Part shown: piece by piece, positions 1 to 10,115 of the stretch
Layout: each line of letters opens with the position of its first letter
Position numbering within the stretch: position 1 is the stretch's first letter
Assembly: GCF_009914755.1 (NCBI RefSeq)
Contig: NC_060934.1
Length of the DNA stretch: 64,000 bases
Source of the DNA: the human T2T-CHM13v2.0 reference genome, Homo sapiens
Strand: one strand, 5' to 3'
Position numbers and translations under genes: made by a program
The notes under the pieces: generated by a model
The model's input: only the letters and a program-made list of their open reading frames with translations
The model's database searches: none
Told to the model about the DNA's origin: nothing

Positions 1-78
1 AAAGAATACATTTCTGTTATTTTTAAGCCACCATGTTTGAGGTAATTTGTTACGGCAGCTCTAGAAAACAAATATACA
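1..78 (+). mobile_element. MLT1-family (ERVL-MaLR) LTR, 3' end
   Basis: tttctgttatttttaagccaccatgtttgaggtaatttgttacggcagctctagaaaacaaatataca resembles the MLT1 LTR terminus. Confidence 0.8.
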
Positions 79-158
79 CAGGACTCTTCTTTCCAATAGG
101 TCTGAAATATAAATGTATATTTATATACATCTCCTTGAATATATAAATATAATAGAGA

Positions 159-275
159 TTAAATATAACAGATTTATAGATTTATAAACATATAACAGAT
201 TTATATATTTATAAATATAAAACAGATTTATATAATTTTGTAAACACAAAATAGATTTATATAGTTTTATAAATG
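159..275. repeat. Degenerate AT-rich minisatellite, about 27-29 bp unit
   Basis: About 4 copies of tttataaa(c/t)ata(t/a)aacagatttatata. Confidence 0.75.
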
Positions 276-502
276 TAAATATATGCATATATATTTAATT
301 TTTAATTACTAAAATTTTTTCTATAGGCTCTCAATAAGGCAAATACACAATGACCAAACAGAATAATAATTGCTTTTCATTTATAGATTATAAATGCTTT
401 TAATTGATAGATTATAAAGAATTTCATTTATAGATTATAAAGAATTACTGTGGGCAATTAAATCAAAGCCTTTTCAAAAATGGTGCAAAACTAAATCTAT
501 AG

Positions 503-642
503 TATTCAACTGATGTTTAATAAATATTAAACATTATTAATATTTATTGTTAATTTTAATTAATTTTTAATTAATAATTAAAATTATTAATATTTAATAA
601 ATATTAATAAGCATCTTATTCAACTGATGTTTAATAAATATT
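503..642. repeat. 26-bp perfect direct repeat flanking 88 bp of AT-rich filler
   Basis: tattcaactgatgtttaataaatatt at 503-528 and 617-642. Confidence 0.9.
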
Positions 643-971
643 TCTGTGGATTATTCCTCTGAAATAATATTTTAAGAATACACATGCATAGACATAAATG
701 TACATACATGGTTCAATGTGGTGTTTTATTCCTTGCCTATAATTACACGGGTAAAAAGAATGCATATTTATGCTGAAATGAAACCATTTTGCTTTCTAAA
801 AAGAAACCCAGACACACATTTCTAAGTGCAATGACAGCAAATACTGATACATTCACATACATTCTTTTGTCTTTTGACCTTTTCAAGCAAAATCGTGCAA
901 GTATATCTAGGTTACATCTGATTAGCTTTCACATGTTTTAGCAGGTTTTGAGAAATTTTGTTTTATAACTT

Positions 972-3159
972 TGATAAGGTTTGGCTGTGTCCCCACCCAT
1001 ATATCATCTTGAATTGTAATTCCCATAATCCCCATGTGTTGTGGGAGGGATCCAGTGCGAGGTAATTTAATCATGGGGGCGATTACTCTCATGTTGTTCT
1101 TGTGATAGTGAATTTGTTCTCACAAGATATCATGGTTTTATAAGGGGTTTTTCCCTTTTTGCTCAGCACTTCTCCTTCCTGCTGCCATGTGAAGAAGAAT
1201 GTGTTTACTTCCCCTTCCAATATGATTGTATGTTTCCTGAGGCCTCTCCAGCCCTGTGGAACTGTGACTTAATTATACCTCTTTTCTTTATAAATTACCA
1301 AGTCTCGGGTATTTCTTCATAGCAGCATGAGAATGACTAATACAGAAAACTGGTAGTGCAGAGAGTGGGGCGCTGCTGTAAAGATACCCAAAAATGTGCA
1401 AACAACATTGGAACTGGGTAACAGGCAGAGGCTGGAAAAGTTTGGAGGGCTTAGAAGAAGACAGGAAGATTTGGGAAAGTTTAGAACTTCCTAGAGATGT
1501 GTTGAACGGTTTTGACCAAAATGCTTAAAGTAATATGGACAACTAAGTCAATGTTGAGGTCTTGATGGAGATAAGGAATTTGTTAGGAGTTGGAGTATAG
1601 GTCACTCTTGCTATGCAGGGAGACTGGCAGCATTTTGCCCCGCAGAACTTTGAACTTGAGAGAGATGATTTAGGGTATCTGGCAGAAAAAATTCTAAGTG
1701 CTAAAGCAATCAAGAGGAAGCAGAGAATAAAAGGTTTGAAAATTTGCAACCTGATGATGTGAGAGAAAAGAAAATCTCATTTTCTGGGGAGAAATTCAAG
1801 CCAATAGGGAAAATGTCTCGAGGACATGTCAGAGAACTTCACAATAGCCCCTCCCATCACAGGCCTGAAGCCCTAAGAGGGAAAAATGGTTTTGTGCCCC
1901 TCTTCCGACAACCCATGCAGCCTCAGGACATGGTGCTCTGCATCCCAGCTGCTTCAGCTCCAGCCATGGCTAAAACGGGTCAGTGTACAGCTCAGGCTGT
2001 TCTTCAATGGGTACAAGCCCCAAGCCTTGGCAGCTTACACATGGTATTGGGCCTGCAGGTACACAGAAGTCAAGAATAGAGCTTTGTGAACCTCTGTCTA
2101 GATTTCAGAGGATGTATGGAAATGCCTGGATACCCAGGCACAAGTTTGCTGTGGGAGCAGAGCCTTCATGGAGAGCCTCTCCTGGGGAAATGTGGAAAGG
2201 AAATGTGGGGTTGGAGCCCCACACAGCACTGTCTAGTGGAATAGTGAGAAGAGGGCCACCATCATCCAGACCCCACAATGGTAGATCCATCCACAGCTTG
2301 CACTGTGCACCTGGAAAGGCCACAGACACTGAATGTCAGCCTGTGAAAGCAGCTGAAGGGGGGGCATACCCTGCAAAGCCACAGGAGCAGAGCTGCCCAA
2401 GGCTGTGGGAGCTCACCTCTTGGAAAGGCATAACTTGGATGTGAGACATGGAGTCAAAGGATATCATTTTGGAACTTTAAAGTTTAATGACTGTCCTATT
2501 GGATTCTGGGCTTGAATGGGGCCTGAAGCCCCTTTGTGTTGGCCAATTACCTCTATGTGGAATGGATGTATTTAACCAATGACTGTATCCCCATTGTATC
2601 TATGATGTAACTAACTCACTTTTGATTTCACACGTTTGTAGGCAGAAGAAACTTGCCTTGTCTCAGATGAGACTTTGGACTTGAACTTTCGAGTACATGC
2701 TGGAATGAGTTAAAACTTTGGGGAACTGTTGGAAGAGCATGATTGTGTTTTGAAATGTGAGTACGTGAGATTTGGGAGGGACTAGGGGTAGAATGATATG
2801 GTTTGGCTGTGTCCCCACCCAAATCTCATCTTGAATTGCAGTTCCCATAATCTTCACATGTCATGGGAGGGACACAGTGGGAGGTTATTTAATCGTGGGG
2901 TTGGTTACCCTCGTGTTGTTCTTATGACAGTGAGTTCTCACCAGATATAATGGTTTATAAGGGGTGTTTCTCCCTTAGCTCAGCACTTCTGCTTCCTGCT
3001 GCCATGTGAAGGACATGTTTACTTCCCCTTCTGACATGATTGTAAGCTTCCTGAGGCCTCCCCAGCCCTATGGAACTGTGAGTTTATTGAACCTCTTATC
3101 TTTATAAACTACCCAGTCACAGGTGTTTCTTCATAGTGGTGTGAGAATGAACTAATACA
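972..3159 (+). mobile_element. Full-length THE1D (ERVL-MaLR) provirus: 5' LTR 972-1344, internal 1345-2793, 3' LTR 2794-3159
   Basis: Both LTRs start tgata(a/t)ggtttggctgtgtccccaccc and end ctaataca. THE1-int sequence lies between them, with a polypurine tract before the 3' LTR. 5-bp TSD aactt/atctt. Confidence 0.93.
1063..1073 (+). promoter_or_regulatory. DUX4-type motif TAATTTAATCA in the THE1D 5' LTR
   Basis: Exact match to TAAYYYAATCA, upstream of the LTR TATA-like tttataa; the equivalent 3' LTR site is degraded (ttatttaatcg). Confidence 0.6.
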
Positions 3160-4852
3160 ATCTTTTTCAGCTTTTGTTTCTTAGGGATGCAATTCAAGTT
3201 AAGGTAAGAGAGTAGTGTAGTATAAATCAGCCTTGCTAAGACTTCTATAAATCATGAATTCAGCAGCTAATTCAAAGCACAATTTTGTATATGGTACAAA
3301 AGTATCTATTGTAGATGACTAATTTCAACTCTAACTATCAAAGTGACAAAAAAACGAGCTATCAACATCAGCCCTCCTCAAAAATGTATGCACTATTTTA
3401 CTAATAGTAACAACTAAACAATGAGCAATATTAGGAAGATTAAAACCCATAATGTAATGTACTGTTTGACAGCCAAAGACTTTAACAATGTCCTATTCTT
3501 TCTAGTACCTCTGGACGCTTTATTCTTCTGCTAACGTCAGCCCTCCTAATCTTTCACATTACATTCCTATATTGCACCATTTCAGAATTTTCTGCCTCAC
3601 AGTTGGAATGTTACCAGATACTCCTCAGTGTATGGACCACCTGCTATTGCTCTCAGCTCATGTTTGGAGAAAACTGGTTTATGTAAAATTTTATTTTTTT
3701 TCTTCTGGTAAATGAAAGCTAATTTGCAATATGTTTCCATGGGAAAATTCTAGGCATAAAAATTATATAACCACATCTAAAATTGCTAAACAATATTTTT
3801 TAAAATACTTAAAATTTAATGATAAATCATAGTCATAAGCCCATAAAATAAAGTAATATCAAAATGAAAATTAGGAACACAAAACTATGTGCTACAGGGA
3901 AAAATATAATCCAAAAGTTCTCAAACAGTCTACAATATCTATAAAATCTGTGTATTGAGTTTCTACTCTGCATTCAGCACTGTTTTATGCCCAAACATAA
4001 TACAATATTCCTGTTTCAAGTGGAGAAGTTTGGGCTGTATATGGGATGTTGTTTCCATACATCAGTGGCCACTGAATAACAATAAAACTCACATTCTGTT
4101 CTCATGAAGGCATGCTTGTAATGGCTACTGCCAAATGAGACTCTATTTTACAATAGGGTGTGTATTTCTTATGTATGTTTTATGTATCTCCCTTATTTAA
4201 AGGATTTCTTTCCATATGCTTTTCTTTTATTAAAGTTGAAGATTCTGTTCTACTTTACTTTTAGACAACTAACTTTTGTTGTTTATTCCATAGAGTCTCT
4301 ATTTGTTTCTCACCAATCAATGTTGGGCATGAAGCCAGGCCCAACAGAAGCCCTTAGTCCATGGAGAATTACTTTTATTCACACTACCGTAAGAATTAGT
4401 ATCTTAAAAATTTTCCAATATGTGAATGTAGTGCTTAGAAAACTTTAATCATTCTACATTGCCTTTGGCATTACAATTAAATATCTGGCTTAATATATAA
4501 AGCCTTTCACAATTTAACTTAATGGCAGTTATCTTCTCTCCATACAATTCACTCAACCTCAAAACTTAAAACTACATAACCATTCGTGGTTCTTTGCTTT
4601 TTTTTTCTGTTTGCCAGGCTGTATCTAAGTTATATCAGATTACTCAAGTGTCATCTCTTTTATACACCCTTTGTGATGCTTGCAGGGTGAATCTTTCCTA
4701 TGGCTAATAGTTTATATAAACATCTATCATAGCTTATGTTTTTAGTTATATATTTACTTGCAGAACTTGTTCTTTGATTACAGGCATTCACCATACATGC
4801 CTCCCTCTGACTTCCTTCAAAACATACTTCAGTGACTGAACTCAACAGTCAT

Positions 4853-5660
4853 TGTAGCTTAGTAGTAAAAACAACGTATTCAGGGGCCAAGATTCTTGCC
4901 TTTGGATCCCAGGGTCACGTACTAGCTGTCTGACCTTGAGCAAGTTACTTACTTAAACTTTCAGTATCATAAGTTTCATTACTAGTGTGCTCATACTAGT
5001 GTACAGCAGGTTCTTAAATAATGTTGTTTCATTCAACATCCTTCCATTGTAACATTGATGAGAAAAAACAAATTCCTGGTGGGATCCACTGCATGTATAC
5101 AGTTTGCACCTTCTCCCCATGTCTGCGTGGGTTTTCTCTGGGTACTCTGGCTTCCTTTCCTATCTCAAAAATATGTCGTGTTCATTGGTGTATCTACATG
5201 GTGCTAAAATGACAGAGAGAGAGAAACAGAGAAAGAGAGAGAGAGAGTGTGTCTGTGTGAGTGTGCCCTTGATAGAACAGTGTCATGTACAAAGTTTGTT
5301 CCCACCTTGTACCCTGAGTTGCCCAGAAAGGCTTTGGACACCTGCGACAGGAACAAGAAGGCGAATAATTATCTTACTTGTTTTTATTAATCTTTCTTAA
5401 AAGTACATATAGCTCATGTTTATTTCAATATTTAATATTATAAATATTTTTATCTTTATTTAGAAGCTTGATGTTTTCATGAAAAGAATTATGTCATAGG
5501 AACTTGACTCTTGTTTATATCAATTACCCTATGATCAAGTTTGTTCCTATATAAGTTGTTTTGCATGAAGTCGTAGTTGTCAAGAACCTATGGAGGATGT
5601 TAAGTGAGGATTTGCAGTATAAAATTCTTAGGTTATTTGGAGAAAAATGACTTAATATAA
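4853..5660 (+). mobile_element. MIR interrupted by MER6A
   Basis: MIR core tactagctgtctgaccttgagcaagttactt at about 4920-4950; MIR-like sequence resumes after 5619. Confidence 0.65.
5004..5617 (+). mobile_element. MER6A (TcMar-Tigger non-autonomous DNA transposon) containing a V-SINE core
   Basis: TA-cagcaggttct...gaggatttgcag-TA termini; V-domain-like gtttgcaccttctccccatgtctgcgtgggttttctctgggtactctgg at about 5102-5170. Confidence 0.85.
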
Positions 5661-5839
5661 TTAGTCCCATAATGTAAAGATTTTAGAGATTGACGTGAAG
5701 TCAGTGTTTTATGAGGATATTAGAAAAAGACAGGTGAGAGACAGGATAGAAATAAGAAAAATAAATATTGAAAACATCGTTTCCAAGAAAGAATAATTTC
5801 TATATGTAATCATAAAATTGCAGTAATGGATGGATTTAC

Positions 5840-5945
5840 TAAAAAATCTATTCCAGTGCTCAGATGAAGGAACTGAAGGCCTGTGAAGTCACACAAGTTT
5901 AAAGCAGATATAGGAATAAACTCCTATTTCATTGGTCTCTTCCAG
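5840..5945 (-). mobile_element. MIR fragment
   Basis: cagatgaaggaactgaaggcc...gtcacacaag. Confidence 0.5.
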
Positions 5946-6311
5946 AGAGGTTTTTGTTTTATCCTTGACTAAAGTCTGCAACGTGTTTTCCTTATGTCAA
6001 ATCTTGCTCTTAATGTTTTTAGGCATTCTGTGACCTTTTGTTGACTACTTGACTTAGCTCTTTCTATTTGCCATTACTTTAAATGTATATTATAAGCCTG
6101 CATTGAAGTTTTTCAAAATAAAAACATACCCAAGCTGTTCTTTTCCACAGATGATTTGGGGAATAAAAAAGGAGAAATAATACAGTCTAATTTCACTATT
6201 GAAACAGAGATCAGTTGAACTAAAACAGAAGAATAAATGGGGTATAAAGCAGTCCACTAAGATATTCATAATTTCATACTGAACTCTTTAGGAATTGTGA
6301 TTTCTTAACTA

Positions 6312-6975
6312 GATTCATTTATTTATTTGATAAAGTTTTACTGAATACCGGCTATGTGCCTGACTCATCTATTGATTAGCAAGATTAACATGGTTCCTAC
6401 ACTCACAATGCTCACATTTTGCTGTAGAATTCATAATAATAAAAATCATCATAATCATAAAACTTGAAATAGGGACAACTGATAGCCATGGAAGTACTTT
6501 TCTGAAAGGAGTAATATTACCATATTTCAGGTTTTAAAACGTCATTTCAGAAAAAATATTTGGAGACAGTTGGAAGGAAGGTAGAGTATATGCAAGGAGA
6601 AGGAGACAAACAAGATGCTAATGCAACAGGGCACCAAACACCAAGAAATAAGCAAGTAAAACATGGAGCGGGAATCCCAGTTTTTTGCAGAAGATTAAAA
6701 GAGAAGCCTTGAGAGACATGTATTTGGTATAATACACAAAATATCATCATGCATTTAATATAGGGAGTGAGGGAATGAAAGGCATCAGAAATAACTTTCA
6801 TCTCTCTGGCTTGAGAAACATTGAGTAGACAATGGTGGCATTTAATGAGATAAGGAAAATGGAGAATAATATATTTTATCGAGGTAGCGAGTTGAAGGAT
6901 GATATGAATTTTGAACCACTGAGTTTGAAGTGCACTTGAGGAACTCCAACGTGGGAGAGTGTTAAATAGCCAATG
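6312..6975 (-). mobile_element. L2 3' region
   Basis: attcattttattt...ttactgaataccggctatgtgcc and ggcttgag...tggtggcatttaatgagataagg are L2-like. Confidence 0.65.
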
Positions 6976-7699
6976 CTAATTAGAAACATTCATTGAAAAA
7001 TGTATTTTTAGGAGAAATCATGACATTAAAACTAGAAAGAACATATTTTTGAATAATACCATTTATATTAATGTCTGATAAACAGATACAAAGTGCCTAA
7101 AGGATTCTTTTTTATAAATTATTGATCATTCATTTAAATGATACTAGATTAGAGAATATTTACATCACCTGCTATAAGAGTGACAGCATATTAGCCAATG
7201 GTATTCATGCTCGACTATGCAATTCAGAAGCAACATCAAAGAATATTCTTCATTGTGTTCATAAACTTTCTCTTAAGTGAATAATAAAGAAAATGTAATG
7301 CCTAGCAACATTTTCTAGCAATTATTCTTCTGCAATGCATGAATACATATTTGTGCTATTGTAGCATTAGGTTCAACCTAATTAACTCAGAAAATCATTT
7401 ATGCACAATAGCCTATCTTTCATGTACAGCAGATCATGTACATTTTCTTTACTTTTTGCAAGTTGTATGTAACATTAGCACACAAAAAAATAGTGGTTGT
7501 GGTTCTCGGTTCTTAGCACTGCTGTTTATCACATCCATGTCCATGCTAGTTTTTCCATGTGTGATTTAACTACCAAGTTAACCATTTGAGATTAGACCAT
7601 CTCTTGGATTTATGACTCTGTGCCTATAATATTCGAGCTGCCTATAGGTCTTTATAAGCATATATAGCAACACATGTTGTCAACAACAACAACTGCTTA

Positions 7700-8108
7700 G
7701 ATATTAAATAGCTGAAACCTCTGGAATTAGGCAAACTGTGTGCAAATATTAAATATTGCTTCAGACCTTGAGAAACTTTTTTTCAACTACCTGTGCACAT
7801 ATTTCCTCACCTGTAAAATGAAACCAATGATAAAACAGAACCTCCTTCTTTGGACTATAGTAAGAATTTAATATTTAATTTTTAACAAATTCTTATGGTA
7901 AGGACTTAATATTTAATTCTTGACAAATTCTTATGGTAATGTTTAATTCTTACCAAATTCTTATGATAAGGATTTAATATTTAATTCTTACCAAGTTATT
8001 AGGGTAAGAACTTAATATTTAAAATATTCATTTTTCAGCATATATGAAGTTCTTAGAATACCTACTAGCATATGATAAAATCTTAGAGAAATTTAACAAT
8101 TTTATTAT
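7700..8108 (+). mobile_element. MIR with an internal minisatellite
   Basis: tttcctcacctgtaaaatg core at about 7802-7820; MIR 3' end (aagttcttagaata...tagcatatgataa...ttattat) follows the repeat. Confidence 0.65.
7861..8022. repeat. 38-bp minisatellite, about 4.3 copies, each an imperfect hairpin
   Basis: Units start at 7861, 7899, 7937 (30-bp variant), 7967 and 8005; consensus taaggatttaatatttaattcttaccaaattcttatgg. Confidence 0.85.
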
Positions 8109-8573
8109 AAATTAGATTGCTTAATATATAATCATGTTACATGAGTTGAGATAGTCAATGCAAATAAAAAATAATCTTCACTGGTTATCCTTTTATGTTA
8201 CTCAGCTTTCAATTTCTCATACCATCTCAAAGAAAATGTAGCTAGTAGTTATTTTTCAGAATCTGAGAAGTGTTCTGCAAATGTGCGTAATAATTTTTGT
8301 CAATGTTGAAAATCTTTAGGACTTTCTGTAAAGTCGATATTTAATGAGTTGAACTATTGTCTTTAGCATTTATGTCCTAATTTTTGGAAGGAAACACACA
8401 CACACATATATATATATATAAAATGAAATCCTATCTTACTTGACCTAAAACTGCACAAAAATTTATATTTGCTGCGTTTATTTTGCATTGGTAATATCAA
8501 TTTTCTTCCATCTGAATACAAGTCATTTGGAAAATTCCTTACATCCAAGTTCTTCAGCTCCTATTTGTTAATC

Positions 8574-8787
8574 CTTTCTTTCTTTCTTTTCTTTTCTTTT
8601 CTTTTCTTTTTCTTTTTCTTTTCTTTTTTTTTTTTTTTTTTGAGATGGAGTCTCTCTCTGTTACCCAGGCTGGAGTGCAGTGGCATGATCTTGGCTCACT
8701 GCAAACTCTGCCTCCCAGGTTCAAGGAATTCTCCTGCCTCAGCCTTCCCCAGTCTGGAAATACAGGCACGTGTCACCACACCTGCTT

Positions 8788-8822
<35 letters not shown>

Positions 8823-8936
8823 TAGAGACAGGGTTTTGCTATGTGGCCCGGCTGGTCTCAAGTTCCTGACTTTGTGATCTGCCCACCTCGGCCTCCCAAA
8901 GTGCTGGGATTACAGGTGTGAGCCACCTCGCCTGGA
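8574..8936 (-). mobile_element. AluS (Sg/Sc-like) with (AAAAG)n tail and expanded central A-tract
   Basis: Two Alu arms; 13-bp TSD ctatttgttaatc at 8561-8573 and 8937-8949. Confidence 0.95.
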
Positions 8937-9494
8937 CTATTTGTTAATCTTGATCTTGTTATATATCAACTGCTGGGTTGCTCCATGATTTTCACATTCT
9001 CTTCCTTTAGTTTGTATTGTGTTGGTTTTTGTTTCTTTCATAAAACACTAAAAATGTTTACATCATTTTAAAACATTTCAAACATAAAACAATATCCTAA
9101 GTAGCTTAACAGTAGAGTCCACACATGTTGGGTATTAACGTAAAAACTTTTAAGCTCGTTATAAGATCAATCAGTCTGTTCATATCAGTACTCAATGAGA
9201 ACATTAACATGTTCAACTCTGTTCAGTCATTAGAGAAGCATATATAAAACATATTCCAAAAATCTAATAAGCTGAGTGAATGCCAATAGGCCAGTAAATA
9301 TTGATATAGGATGTTGCTTTGATGGTACCAATTTCATTTTATATATTGTAAGGACTTCCACCTACTATTAGAGTAAATTTCAAGCTATATAATCTCACAT
9401 TAAGTGTCATTTGCAATCTGAACCCAACAATTCAAAATAATTATGTTTTACCAACTCTAATAATAATAAGACAAAAAATAATGGCTATTACTTA

Positions 9495-9615
9495 TCAGTA
9501 AGCAATCTGAGACCTAGTAAGGATAGATGACTTATCCAGGGTCATAGTGTTAGCTGGTGAGAGAGCCAGGAGTTGAAATGAGGTGGTTTGGCCTCAGAAA
9601 CTTTGCACTAAGCCC
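9495..9615 (-). mobile_element. MIR fragment
   Basis: gatgacttatccagggtcatagtgttagctggtgagagagccaggagttgaa. Confidence 0.7.
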
Positions 9616-9769
9616 CTAAATGTATTAACAACACTACGCCAAAGCCTTGCCAGGAAGCGTTTCACCATCTTCCAGTGGGAAGCCAAGTAAACATAAACTT
9701 TTAATAAAACTGTCTGAGTACTGTCAGAGAGGTATAAACACTTCTACCAGACAGTAATTTTTTTCACCA

Positions 9770-9875
9770 TCCTGGAAGACCCTCAAGGTCAGGGATTATA
9801 TTTTATTTGACTTTGTATTCCCAGAGCCTCCCATGACACCTACCCCATAGAGGACCTCATTAAATGTGTGCTGTT
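9770..9875 (+). mobile_element. L2 3' end fragment
   Basis: ctcaaggtcagggattatattttatttgactttgtattcccagagcct...catagaggacctcattaaatgt. Confidence 0.65.
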
Positions 9876-9939
9876 GTTTTATAGCAAAGTGATTCCAAAG
9901 CGGTAGTAGGGCTAGAGAAAAAAAAAGGCTTTACAGTAT

Positions 9940-10115
9940 GTACGAGCGACATTTGAACTCCGTCTTAAAAAAATAAATATAGGTACTCAAGGAAGAAACA
10001 CAGAGAAGAGGACATTTGAGACAGAGAAAACAACATGTGTGAACAAGGCCTGAAGTGGGAGAACAATGGATATATCTAAATAATAGGCGTTTGGATGTAG
10101 GGAAGCCAGAGATAG
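9940..10115 (-). mobile_element. L2 fragment
   Basis: gacatttgaact...gagacagagaaaacaacatgtgtgaacaaggcctgaagtgggagaac. Confidence 0.55.

Noticed and set aside
1543-2857. Cluster of 64-153 aa ORFs
   Set aside because: All lie inside THE1D internal/LTR sequence; they are decayed MaLR frames or chance ORFs.
7861-8022. Regularly spaced 30-38 bp palindromic repeats, superficially CRISPR-like
   Set aside because: No unique spacers, no cas genes, and the DNA is primate; it is a minisatellite.
8469-8789. 106-aa ORF with poly-Phe (and antisense poly-Lys ORF)
   Set aside because: Translation of an Alu and its tail. The same applies to the ORFs at 15206, 36369 and 59298.
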